Positions 1 through 13,233 of a stretch of 64,000 bases of DNA are shown one piece after another (the stretch's first letter is position 1; every line of letters starts with the position of its first letter). Made by a program: the position numbers and the translations under genes. This DNA comes from the human T2T-CHM13v2.0 reference genome, Homo sapiens. The DNA lies in NCBI RefSeq assembly GCF_009914755.1, contig NC_060928.1, one strand, 5' to 3'. The notes beneath the pieces are model-generated. The model saw nothing but the letters and a program-made list of their open reading frames with translations, was not told where the DNA came from and made no database searches.

Positions 1-169
1 AAGAATATGCTTATTTTACTTCCTTTACATACCACAACTCTATCTAAAAACAATCCTTAAATCCCTGTGGTTATACTAAGCATTATGAATAGACAACAGA
101 TTCCCAGTTGAACAGACTGCCCCAAAATGTTGATCATTTTGTGATATACTGCCTATCGTGGAAATAAAA

Positions 170-1975
170 ATAAAATAATTAAAATGAAAAACTTAATGCA
201 TTATTCAAACAGCAGATTATACACAGAAGAGAGAATTGCTGAACTGGAAGAGTAGTTCAATAAAATACCAAAATGAAACATGGGGGAACAAAAGGATAGA
301 AAATGAAAAAGTTGTAAGAGGAAAAAAAAGGAAGTATTTATTTGGAATTGAAAAGTGGGCAGGAGTATGAGGCAAAAGAAGAGATATACTGACTAAGAAC
401 TTTCTAAAACTGGAAAAATAAAGAATACATCAAGACACAGACTCAAGAAGCAGTATGTAAATCAAGCAGGATAAGGATACAAAAAACAAAAATAGCTAGG
501 TACATCATAGTAAAATTTTCAAAAACCAAAGACAATGAGAAAATTTTGGAAGCATCATGAAAGCAAATATATACTATCATCAAACAAGCAATATTTAAAT
601 AGACAGTATTTAGATGTTTTTGAATTCTCCACAGAAACAATGGAAGCCAAATATAATTGAATATTTTAAAGTGCTGAATAATGGCTGCCAACATATAATT
701 CTAAATCCAAAAATGCATTTTTAAATATTTTAGACACAATAAAAAGAAAAAGATAATTCTTCACCAGCAGAACCATACTAAAAGACTAAAGAGTATACCT
801 CAGACAGAGGGTAAATGAACACAGGTAGTATCTTAGATGAAAAGAAAACAGAGCAATGAAATAACAAATGTATAAATGGGCAAATCTATATGACAATTGA
901 CTGCCTATACAAACCAATACTAATGTTCTTGGTTCTAAGGTATAAATAAATCAAAATATATGAAAATAATAGCAGAAATTGAGGAAAACGATAAACAAAA
1001 TTAAAATGTTATAGTGTTCTGGCATTATTGAGGAATAAGATAAAAGTCATCAACTAATACCTGACTTTGATAAGTGAAAGAGGTAATCGCTAACTATCCA
1101 CTACGATAAAAATAAAACAGTATAATTTCCAAGCTAATATAAAAATATTTTAAAATAATTTTTCAAAATCCTAAAAATACTCAAATCATAAAGGCAATAA
1201 AAACGCAGAAATAGAAGATAGGCAGGTGAGAGGAAATAGGAAACACTTCATCAGTGGAAGATTTAAACCCAACTATAACACTTAAATTATTAAATTTACT
1301 AAAAAGTTCTAATTAAAAGATAAAAATTTTTAAATTAGATATAAAAAGACAAAAACCAAAAAAAAAAACCCACAGAAACAACAAAAGCACAAGGATACAG
1401 AAAGGTTGAAAGTAAAAGGAAGAAAAAAATGTCAAAAAAGACACTAAACCAAAGAAAGTTTATATAGCTTCATTGATACCAGAATACATATGTAAACACA
1501 CATGCATACACAGACTCTCAAGCAAAAAAGCTAAAACTAAAAAGTGATACTTCAAACTTCCTTTGCCAGGAAGTTAAAATAATTAATAACAGTCTCAAAA
1601 TATATAAAGAAAAATGGACTGAATTACTAGGAAATAGGCAAGTGGGCAAAAAAAGCAGTTTTCAAAATACTTCTCTCAGTAACAGAAAAGACAAGACAAT
1701 GAATGTTTTTAAAATGCAGATTAGACAACATGATTGGAAAATAAGAAACATCTACAACTGATAATTTAAATTTAAAACTTGTTGAGTGACATATGGAAGA
1801 AGGAAATAAACACAAAAATTAAATAATGAAAATGCTCTAACTAGCACTAAGATAGAAATATCTCAAGTCCTATAAACACAGAAACTAGAAATTGAAAACA
1901 CATTGTAAAAAGGAAGGACTATAGGAATGGATAATGGTGACAGAGAGAGCAGCACGTTTTAACTAAAACTGAGTA
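170..1975 (+). mobile_element. Ancient, degraded L1M (L1ME-like) ORF1 and ORF2-start fragments
   Basis: A-rich strand with ORF1-like words (gaagagagaattgctgaactggaag, catcatagtaaaatt, ttcttcaccagcag) and endonuclease-start-like words (aaaggttgaaagtaaaagga). Boundaries approximate. Confidence 0.6.
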
Positions 1976-1982
1976 AACTAGT

Positions 1983-2577
1983 TGTGACAGGCAGAATTCT
2001 AAAGAAACCCCCCCAAGATTCCCATCACTGATTTTTTAAATCACCACTTATCTACCTACTACTTTGAAATGATTTTTGTAGACATAATTAAACTATCAGT
2101 CCATTTGACTTTAAAATATGTAGATCAGCTGAATGAGCTGGACCCAATTAGGTGAACCCTTTAAAAGCAGAGAATTTTCCTTTGACAAGGAAGTCAGAAT
2201 TTGAAGCATGAGAACGATTTGATGTGCCTTGGCTAGCTTGAGGATGGAGGTAGCCATATCTCAAGGAATGTAAACAGCATTTATGAGCTCAGAGAGACCC
2301 ACTGGCTGACAATCAGAAAGAAAACATGGACTTCTGTCCTAAAGAACTTAATTCGGCCAACAATCTAGTTGAACTTGGAAGCTGACTTTTCCCTAGAACC
2401 TACAGATAAGAACCCAGTTTGATCAACATCTTGATTTCAACATTTTGAGAGACAAAGAAGGGAACTTTAAAGAGCTGCCCAGACCTCTGATCTATAGAAC
2501 TGTGAGTTGATAAACGGGTGTTGGTTTAAGCCACTGTATTTGTGGCAATTTGTTACACAGCAATAAAAAAAAATGCA
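1983..2577 (+). mobile_element. MaLR solo LTR, MLT1E/F/G-like
   Basis: TG...CA ends, MLT1 3' terminus (tttaagccactgtatttgtggcaatttgttacacagcaat), perfect 5-bp TSD CTAGT at 1978-1982 and 2578-2582. Confidence 0.85.
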
Positions 2578-2844
2578 CTAGTATTTAAAAAAATAAAAAA
2601 ACTAATACAATTGTAATGTATGATGCTATATTTTGACCCACAGATGTCATGAATAATAATATATCTTAAGATGACTATTTGTACATATAGCATAATTAAA
2701 GATCAAACAAAACTAATTTTCAAAACTCAAAAACAGAAATAACACATAAATTAAATATCATAGTTGGTGAATTAACAAAAAATGTTCTTTTTGCTGCCCA
2801 TATTTACATATGGACTAAATCCTAATACCTAAAGAATGAAAGCA

Positions 2845-3192
<348 letters not shown>

Positions 3193-3229
3193 TTATCACT
3201 CCTCTAATATTTCCTAAAGCCTTCCCATG

Positions 3230-3340
3230 AGTCAGGCTCTGGGACACAAAGATGAACAGACATAGAGATCCTGCCTTCCAGGAACTCACAGTGCCTGGCA
3301 CAGCACAGGTTACTCAATAAGCCTATGTTAAATTAATGAA
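3230..3340. mobile_element. L2/MIR 3'-end fragments
   Basis: ggctctgggacacaaagatgaacagacatag...ctgccttccaggaactcacag and gtgcctggcacag...ctcaataa motifs. Confidence 0.55.
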
Positions 3341-3683
3341 TTCTAAATAAAGTGTAATAGGAAAGCAAACATGCATCTCATAATGACAATATACTGGGAT
3401 AAAGGCCATAATTTGAATATTATGCTATTTCCACATTTATATAAAATGTTACAGAAAGCTATTCTTTACAAAAATTATCACAGGATAAGCAAGCAATTTT
3501 ATTGCTTTAAGAAACCAGGTACTTAAAACCATTATAAAGCATTACAAATCACCAACAAATTTTACAAACATTAGTAAATGGTGGCATAAAACACATTTTT
3601 CCTAAGAATTTTTCATCAGGAATTATGATGGTAAGGATCAGATTATATATTCTTTGGTTCACTTCTTAAAAGTACAGGCCTTT

Positions 3684-4660
3684 AGTTCCTTTTTTGTTTT
3701 GGTTCATCTGTTAAGCAGTGGGGGCCCAATTAGTGCTCCTTTGTAAAAAGACATTTTCCCAAAGAATACGAATTACTGTTCAAACAGGTTGTTGATGGGT
3801 AATAAGGGATGTTTTTGCTGCCCCAAAAAGGCTTAACAATTTAGGCGGTTAGTTTACTTAAAAAAAAAAAAATCCGTTGGAGACAAATACTGAAAATGCA
3901 AACTAGTTTCTAAATTATCAGTTCCCTACAAGAAAAAGCAGTCTGCCAGTGTTTAGTCTCAGAAAATGACTGGTTGGCTCTGTATCTATATCAGAACCCA
4001 ATATCTACACATGTGTTGAATAAAGTAACAGCCTTTGATGAATTTCCTTCATAACATGGTTTTAGTGAAGCAAACATTTTTATTTTTTAAGGGCATTGTT
4101 CTTTCTAGTTCATTTCTTTTTATGAAATAAAATTATTTTATTTAAACATAGTTCCATTGTCATTTCTAAAAAATACAGTATTCTCATAAGTTGTAGCAGC
4201 AGTAAAAAAAAAATGTTATATAAGTGGTTGGGGCAGATTTAACTGATTTTGTTAAACCAATTTGTAGGTTACTGCTTCTAATATTACACTTCTAAAAAGC
4301 TGAATTTATACTCATGTCCTAAAGGAGAATATGTGGTAATAAAGTATATCTGTTAAGTAACTAATTGAAATAGGCTTGGTTTTAAGAGTTCCAGTATATA
4401 ATAGTCACAAATTGAAACCTAATTGACAGTATCTCTTGGAGTTCCAGTAAAGTCACAAATTAGTGAATAAGCATGCCAGTGTGCAAGGGTAATGGAAGGA
4501 TTGTTAGCCTATCTAAATATTCAAAATTACTTTAAAACTTCAGTATGTTTTCTGATTTTTAAGAATTCAGAAGTGTTCTGTAATGGATTCAGATGTTTCA
4601 TTTGTAGTATAATGAAATGTTTACAGAAAGATAACTTTTTCATTAATATATTTTTAGAAA
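3684..4660 (+). pseudogene. 5'-truncated processed retrocopy of a 3'UTR only (parent tentatively HNRNPA3)
   Basis: Perfect 16-bp TSD AAAAGTACAGGCCTTT at 3668-3683 and 4661-4676; left copy at a TT|AAAA L1-endonuclease site; ATTAAT (decayed ATTAAA) at 4642-4647 then a short A tract; non-repeat, UTR-like interior. Parent identity is from memory only. Confidence 0.8.
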
Positions 4661-5319
4661 AAAAGTACAGGCCTTTTTAGCGACTGACAAATATAAGTTA
4701 GTAAATTAGAAAATTTATCAAAGACTGAAGAAATACAATACCAACAAATGTCACAGTGCTAAATAGTTAAATGCAGTGTGAAAAGATAAAAATAAATACT
4801 AATTTATTTCTAACCATAACATAGTGATAATTAAGAATGCAGATTTGAATCAAATTATCTTTTCTGTACTTTTTTACTTTCTTACATATTACCAGATCTT
4901 ACTTACAATGGCCTAAGATTCAAAAAATTACAGATGATCTGTTAGATTATGAGTCATAATTTTCAAGTCTTTTATCTCTACTTGAATATTTTATACTAGT
5001 GTTCAGACAGATTAGGACTATTCTCTAAGCATTTCCTTCAAACTCACAGAAATGTTTCTGAAAAGTAAGTCACATTTATAACCTGTTCCACATTTACTTC
5101 TAAAATTGGATATCATAAAGTAATTTTAATTCAGTATATCTAAGAGGCTTTTCATACTTATTTTGTATAATGAATTGAAATAATTTGAACATGTTGAGTT
5201 ATATGTTTTCCAGATCACTAAAATGTTAATTGATTTGATTTTGAAAGTAAAAAAGAGTTTTAAAAGAAAAACTATAGAACAAAATATACGTCTAGTCTAT
5301 ATTAGTTCCTCCTCCCTAT

Positions 5320-5830
5320 CTGAACATCTGAAAATTGTAATGCCCCAGTAGCTTAGTTCTAGGCCCCGTTTTCCTCCTAATCAATATTCTCCCCACAGAA
5401 GATCACCTACAATCTCATGGATAGAATGGCATCTGTATTTAATGATTCCCTACTTTTTATTTTCAGGCCAGACATTCTCCCTGAGCTTTGTATTTATATG
5501 TTCAAATAACTACTTACAATTCAAATAGAATTTCACATGTAACAGGTCCAAAACAGAATATCTTTCTCTTTTTACATCTCATCTTAAAACATCCTCCCCA
5601 CCAGTTGTCGCTATCTTAAATGGCAATACCAGTTGCTGAAGTCAAAAATCTTGGAGTCATCTTTCCCTCATTTCCATACACATACAATCTGCTATCAAGT
5701 TCTGTTACCTCTACTTTCAAAAATATCCCAATCTTAACTCTTTCACCACTACTGCTTTTTTGCAAACTATCATCCTATCTTTTCTGCACTAGTCTCTCAT
5801 CTGTCTCCCTGCTTCCACTTAAGCCTCCTA
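5320..5830 (+). mobile_element. L2 fragment
   Basis: L2-like words: ttctccctgagctt, gtccaaaacagaa, gtcaaaaatcttggagtcatc. Confidence 0.7.
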
Positions 5831-5919
5831 TCTCTTATTATAAGAATCTTTCCTTGAATAACGCTAGGTATAACTGTGCAGGGTCAAAGTAAAAACAGTA
5901 AAAAAAAATAAAATAAAAT

Positions 5920-6060
5920 AAATGGAAGGTTACCTATCAGGTACTATGCTCACTACCTTAGTGATAGGATCATTCGTGCAACAAGCTTCAACAATATGCA
6001 ATTAACCTGTGTAACAAAGCTGCACATGTACTCCCAAATCTGATACTTTTTTAAAAAAAG
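5920..6060 (+). mobile_element. Old L1PA/L1PB 3'-terminal fragment
   Basis: ggtactatgctcactacct...gtaacaaagctgcacatgtactccc followed by an A tract. Confidence 0.75.
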
Positions 6061-6063
6061 AAA

Positions 6064-6335
6064 GTAACATTTATTGAGCACTTACTATGCTATGGGTACT
6101 ATGCTAGGAGATTTAAATCCATTTTTATTGTTACCATAAAAAATAAGTATGTGAGGTCATATAGATGTTAATTAGCTTGACTCAACTATTCCATGAAGTA
6201 TACAGATTTCAAATTTGTTTAGGTCAGATGCAGTGGTGCATGCCTATATTCCCAGCTACTCAGGAGTCTGAAACAGGAGAATTGCTTGAGCCCAGGAGTT
6301 CAAGTCCAGCTTGGGCAGCATAGCAAGACCCTGTC

Positions 6336-6370
<35 letters not shown>

Positions 6371-6640
6371 CATGTTTTATAAATAAAAAATGTACACAAT
6401 TTTATTTCATTTAAATTTTTAAAATATATTTAATATATTTTTAACTTAAGCATTACAACAACTTTATGAAAAAATACTAATGATTTCCTTTTATGGGTTG
6501 AGAAACTACAGCTCTGAAAATTGAGAATCCTGCTAATAAGCAAAATTCAGCTAAGGTTAGGTCATTCAAGTAATCAGAAAGTCACAATTAGAATGCATTC
6601 TGTTAGAATCCAGAGTCCATCTTTATTCCAGCATATCAAG
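6064..6640 (-). mobile_element. MIR split by a + strand L1MA 3' fragment (~6130-6420), which is itself split by a FLAM
   Basis: aacatttattgagcacttactatg on the left, ttttatgggttgagaaactacagctc on the right; L1MA-type tatgtgaggt...gttaattagcttga inside. Confidence 0.6.
6222..6369 (+). mobile_element. Free left Alu monomer (FLAM_A-like)
   Basis: Single monomer with ttgagcccaggagttcaag...agcaagaccctgtctc and a ~30-nt poly(A). Confidence 0.85.
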
Positions 6641-6972
6641 TTGCTTTCAGTAGAATGTACTCTAAAAAGAATTGCATATACTCACACCATTAAATTATTA
6701 CAATGATAATACACCTAATGAGATCATGAAAAATCAAAAACAGTAATGGGATCTGATAGTTCCTCCAAACAGACATAACATTATTGATATATTTATAACA
6801 AATGTATTTTGTTTGTATTGTTGAGATATATTTTATTAATTTCACTTTAGTGACTTACATTATTATGAAAGATGAAATGACCAAAACAATACCTTCCTTA
6901 AATGTCAAAATGTCAAATAACTGGTTATTCTGGTAGCCATTATGCTTAGGCTATTAATTTAGGACTTTCTAA

Positions 6973-7633
<661 letters not shown>

Positions 7634-8481
7634 GTATTTCTTAGTATTACTGTGCCTTGTTATTAAGGTCAATGCAAAAGCACAACCACCCAATTCAAGC
7701 AGGACTACCAACGTCCTGCACTTTTCAGAAACGAAGGTATGGGTCATATCACCAGGTAAAGAACCATGACTAGCTGAAGTCAGCTTTGCTAAAGGCAAAG
7801 AGAAAACATAATGGTAGCGAAAGAAAGTAATTACAAATACCAGCTTTGACTATGTGACCAGTTACAGAAACATTTACCGGTGTGTGTGTGTATGTGTGTG
7901 CATGCGTGTGCACACGTTTGTATATACAGCTTGACTATCCCTTATCCAAAAGGCTTGGGACTGAAAATGTTTTGGATTTCAGAATTTTTCAGATTTGGGA
8001 ATATTTGCATTATTATACTTAGTGGTTTAGCATCCCTAATTAGAAAATTCAAAATCTGAAATTCTCTAATGAGCATTTCCTTTGAGCGTCATTCAGTGCT
8101 CAAAAAGTTTCAGCTTTCCGAATATTTTTCATTTTGGATTTTGGATTTTTAGATTAAGGATACTCAACCTGTATATATAAAATCTTTTGTTTTCTTTCCT
8201 CACTCTCTTGTCATGTAACATAAGATGTAATGACTTTATATTATGGTATTTAAGTATTGTTAATTTTACATAATACCATTTAAGTAACAAGATGTTGGGA
8301 AGAAGGGTAAATATCACTCAGGGACTTTACCTTCTCTTCTGGGAAAAGGTTAGTGCATTTTTGGTTGTACACAGGATAGCTGCACTATGTTAGGCAGAAG
8401 TATGATCTTGTTATCTTTATTTGGAGATTAAGTATGGTTTAAGTAGATTCATATGAATGCCAAGCTGACAAGAGGTAGACT
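7634..8481 (+). mobile_element. ERVL internal 3' region (short extra piece at ~7169-7203)
   Basis: ERVL-int words (attaaggtcaatg, caggtaaagaaccatgactagctga, tgtgaccagttacagaaac) ending in purine-rich gacaagaggtagact just before the LTR. Confidence 0.75.
7927..8171. mobile_element. Tigger4a/MER46-like MITE inside the ERVL
   Basis: TIRs cagcttgactatccct / aaggatactcaacctg flanked by TA. Confidence 0.85.
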
Positions 8482-8538
8482 TGTGATAGCTAATTTCATG
8501 TGTCAACTTGACTGGTTCACAGGATTCCCAAATACCTG

Positions 8539-9177
8539 TTTTTTTATTATTATTCTACTTTAAGTTCTGGGATACATGTGCAGAATGTGCAGGTTTGTTA
8601 CATAAGTATACATGTGCCATGGTGGTTTGTTGCACCCATCAACCCATCAACTACATTAGGTATTTCTCCTAATGCTATCCCTCCCCTAGCCTCCCATCCC
8701 CCAACAGGCCCCAGTGTGTGGTGCTCCCCTCCCTGTGTCCATGTGTTCTCATTGTTCAACTCCCAATTATGAGTGACAACATGCAGTGTTTGGTTTTCAG
8801 TTCATGTGTTAGTTTGCTGAGAATGATGGCTTCCAGCTTCATCCATGTCCCTGCAAAGGACATGAACTTATCCTTTTTTATGGCTGCATAGTACTCCATG
8901 GTATATATGTGCCACATTTTCTTTATCCAATCTATCATTGATAGTCATTTGCGTTGGTTCCAAGTCTTTGCTATTGTGAACAGTGCTGCAATAAACATAC
9001 ATGTGCATGTGTCTTTATAGTAGAATGATTTATAATCCTTTGGGTATATACCCAATAATGGGATTGCTGGGTCAAATGGTATTTCTGGATCTATATCCTT
9101 AAGGAATCACCACACTGTCTTCCACAATGGTTGAGCAAATTTACACTCCCACCAACAGTGTAAAAGCATTCCTATTT
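8539..9177 (-). mobile_element. 5'-truncated L1PA7-like 3' end
   Basis: ORF2 C-terminus (ORF 8756-8938) plus 3'UTR; TSD caaatacctgttt (8529-8541) / cagagacctgttt (9178-9190). Confidence 0.92.
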
Positions 9178-9354
9178 CAGAGACCTGTTTAAAGATCATT
9201 TCTGGATATGTCTGTCAGAGTGTTTCTGAAGAGATTAGTATTTGAATTGGTAGACTGAGTAAAGCAGATTGCCCTCCTCACCACGGATGAGCATCATGCA
9301 TCCTTTCAGGGCCTAAATAGAACAAAAAGGCAGAGAAAGGGAGAATCAATCTAT

Positions 9355-9560
9355 CTTCCTTTCCTTCCTTCCTTCCTTCCTCCCTCCCTCTCTTTCTCTA
9401 CCTTTCTTTCTTTCTTTTTCTTTTCTTTTCTTTTTCTTTCACTCTCTTTCTGTCTCTCTCTCTTTCTGACCCTCTTCCTTCCTTCCTTCCCTTCCTGCCT
9501 TCCTCCTTCCTTTCTTTCTCTTTCTCTTTCACTCTTTCTTTTTCTTTTTTATTTCTCTCA
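9355..9560. repeat. (CTTC)n/(CT)n polypyrimidine tract
   Basis: Seen directly. Confidence 0.9.
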
Positions 9561-9714
9561 TATATGCACATACATAAATATAAATATACATTTATACACA
9601 TGTGTGTAGAAAATATATATTATATATTTTATATATTATATATTATTTTATATATACATATATTTCCTATTGGTTCTGTTTTTCTGGAGAATTCTGACAA
9701 ATACAGGGTGTACT

Positions 9715-9895
9715 TAACAAAGAATAGAAGTTAAAAGAACAGGCCCACATGCCAAACTGCCTATATTTGAATCCCAGCTACATTCCACCTTGGAAATGTG
9801 TGACTTTAGCAAGTTATGTAACTTCCCTATGATTCAGTTATCTTTTCTGTAAAGCATGGTGATTATACAGTTGTTATGAAGATTCAATTAGTGTG
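9715..9895 (+). mobile_element. MIR
   Basis: tttgaatcccagct...tgtgtgactttagcaagttatgtaacttc...ctgtaaa core. Confidence 0.75.
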
Positions 9896-10884
9896 TATAT
9901 ATATGATATATACATATAATAAATATAAATTTATTTTAAAGATCCTACTGGCACTATGAACTATCTGATAAATTATTGTTTTTACTAATAATGATTACTC
10001 TTCACAATCTATTACTATAAACTACATTAGTAATAAAAATGGTATTGAATTATTTTAAATGTCACGATAAAATTGTAAGAATTAGCAAAAACATTTCTTA
10101 ACTTTAGAATACTTGCTTAGACATGGTGCCATTTCCCCTTGAACTGTTCTCTATAAATCCAAATTTTCCTTATAAATAGAATAAATTATTTCATTATAGT
10201 CTATCACAGTTTTTACTGTTGCATTTTACACTGGCTGCTTCCCCATTATCTAGAGGATTATTAGACTTTAGACATCGTGAAATGTGCTTAAAGTTTCTGA
10301 AGTTCAGCTTCTCACTCTCTGCAGAAAATCTACCCCAGAGCATTCCTGAAAATTAAATTAGATAGCTTATACTTGGATAATTTTAGTGATAAGAAGCCTT
10401 TTAACTCTAGAGGCAACTCTTCCATTAAAAGGCAAGCCTATTTAAAATTTTCTATATTTTCTTAAAATTTTCTTTTCCTAATTTCCCCACATTTTTCTTA
10501 GGACTTAACTTGACTAGCTTCATTCAGATTTGAAGGTCAGTAGAAGAGCTGTCTTTTATATGCATCAGATCTACTCAGAATTATATATATATATATACTC
10601 TGTCCTCAGAGTCATCCTTCCTTTTCCGTAAAAAGTAGCCCATGTTTACAGCTAAAGAGTTTTTTTGGCCATTTCCTTCCTGTAGAAATCTGAGAGTCCA
10701 AAGGCCTCTTTTCATTTTATATACTGTTTGTACCTCTTAGGCCAAGCTGACCCTATTATTTTTAAAACTATGTGAGCTTTTATTGATTTATAAATCACTC
10801 CATTATGCAAAGCCACACCACAAGATGTTTGAGAAAAGCTCTCTTCTATATATTATCTATATAGAGAGATATAAAACCTATTTA

Positions 10885-11226
10885 TAGTAGTCTGTTCTTA
10901 TCCACGGGGACACGTTCCAAGAACTCCAGTGTATGCCTGAAATCAAGGATAGTATCGAACCCTATAAATACTATGTTTTTTCCTATATATACATATCCAT
11001 AATAAAGTTTAATTTCTAAATTAGGCATAGTAAGAATGACAATAGTAACTAATCATAAAGTAGAACAATTACAACAACATATTGTTATAAAAGTTGTGTG
11101 AATATGGTCTCTCTCTCTCTCTCTCAAAATATTTTATTTTACTGTACTCGCCTATTTTCAGACTGCACTTGATTCAGGTAACTGAGGCCATAGAAAGTGA
11201 AACCATTAAAAAAAAGAAGACTGCTG
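10885..11226 (+). mobile_element. Tigger3a/MER7A-like MITE
   Basis: tagtagtctgttcttatccacgggg...gttccaaga...gatagtatcgaaccctat ... gactgctg with TA flanks. Confidence 0.85.
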
Positions 11227-13233
11227 TATTTTCAATTTTTCTTGGCACTTAACTTCCCATCTCAATAAATAAACCAAGTCCACTTTCTGCTTTGAGGCTT
11301 ACCACTCTATTTTAGACTTTAATTCTATTATCCTAATTTATGTTCTAAAATACCACTTCATCAGTTTTCTCCTCCCCACTCCACCCTGCATATTCAATCT
11401 CTCCTCAAATGAAGCTTTTCCCAGTCTTCAGTTCTTTAGAAGTACTCAAAAAGTGAATTACTTTATTCTAAATCAGAAAACTAATAATCTGTGTACTATA
11501 CATGGAATAATTTTATCTATAATATATGCTTCTTACCAAATATAATCATTCTCAAATTATGTGTAGAGAATTTACTCTCTCTGTATATATATTTATGTAT
11601 CTCTTATATAAATATACATATTTATATATAATATAAATAAATATATATTATATATAAAAAGTGTCCAAAGAAACAAAAATAATTTGAGGTTGAAAATTAA
11701 TAAAGTTAGTTCATGTTTAATAATAAAATTTCTATCATTTCGAATAAAGATATAGAATCCACAAATCCCCAAAACTGATCTGACCAGCTTTTGCCCACAC
11801 TCAGAATTATCCTGCATTTTATCACCTCAGAAGCATTTCTGGCAGCTATAGAAAAATGACCAAAAAAGTTATACATTTTTGCAGTAGGTTAACAGCACTC
11901 AGCAAGAGTGATGAACTGCATTTTGAAACACTTTCTAGTACTTCTGAAGCTAGAATATTATAAGTCACTGAGAAAACAGAATAAATAATTAATTTTTACA
12001 CAACAGTGATTTTTACATCAAAGGTATTATTTATGTTTATTGAAAAAGTGAGCAAAACTACCTTCATGAGATATGTTCAATTAACTTCTAAGATAAATTA
12101 TACCTGTTTCCTAAAATAATTTCCTGTGGGAATGTGATACGGAAATCACAATGTTATTTTCATGAGTAATGATCTACTCATTACTGAGTAAAGTAAGTCT
12201 CAGTACCTGATAGGTTAAGCCTACAAATGTTGTCTTATATGCTATGCATTGCTGAGTCTATCATTCATTTAAATATTTGGTTTCTAATAAAAATTATGCT
12301 GTCAACATCAACTGTTTTTCTTCATTTATTTAAAATCTAAAAATAATTTAATATTTTAACATTTAAATATTTTGCTGTAAAATTTAAACCATTTAAACTA
12401 TTTAAATTAAATTATTTAATTTTATTGTTAAAACATTTAAATTTTTAATATATTTTTGACTTACTATAAAGCAGTATTTGTTCACATAGAGAACACAATG
12501 AAAAAATTGAAAAACCAAAACATAACTTTTTAGTAAGCCTAAGGCTGTTACTCAAATACAGGCATACCTCATTTTATTGTGTCTTGCTTTATTGTGCTTT
12601 ACAGATACTGTTGGGATTGGTTTTTTGTTTTTTGTTTTTTTTTAAATTGAAGGTTTGTGGCAACCCTGCATTAGCAAGTCTATCAGCTCTCAGTGCCATT
12701 TTTCTAACAGTATGTGCTCCCTTCATGTCTCAACGTCACATTTTGGTAATTTTCTCAATATTTCAGACTTTTCCATTATTATTATTATATCTGTTATGAT
12801 GAACTGTGATCAGCAATCTTTGATGTTACTATTGTAATTCTTTGAGGGCAACACAAACCATGCACATATAAAATGGCAAACTTAATCTATAAATGTGGTG
12901 TGTGTTCCTATGGCTCCACTGACCAGACACTCTCCCATCTCTCTCCCTCCCCTCCAGCCTCTCTATTCCATAAGACATAACAGTGCTGAAATTAGTCTAA
13001 TTAATAACCCAACAATGACCTGTAAGTGTTCAAGTGAAAGGAAGAGTCAGGGGTCTCTCACTTTAAATTAAAAGCTATAAGTGATTAAGTTCAGTGAGGA
13101 AAGCATGTTGAAAGCAAAAACGACAGTAGCTAGACCTCTTGCACCAAACAGTTACCCAAGTGTAAATGCAATAGAAAAGTTCTTGAAGAAAATTAAAAAT
13201 GCTACCGCAGTAAATACACAAATCAAAAGAAAG

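Larger units (their letters stand above)
8482..9705 (+). mobile_element. MLT2B/D-like 3' LTR of the ERVL, interrupted by an L1 and by CT-rich and TA-rich simple repeats
   Basis: Start tgtgatagctaatttcatgtgtcaacttgactgg; end ttggttctgtttttctggagaattctgacaaataca. Confidence 0.85.

Noticed and set aside
9398-9601. Lys/Glu/Arg-rich ORF
   Set aside because: Translation of the CT-rich simple repeat.
12320-12460. ATTTAAA-rich quasi-palindromic tract (similar tracts at ~11.6 and 47.1 kb)
   Set aside because: Low-complexity AT DNA with no defined arms or flanking duplication.
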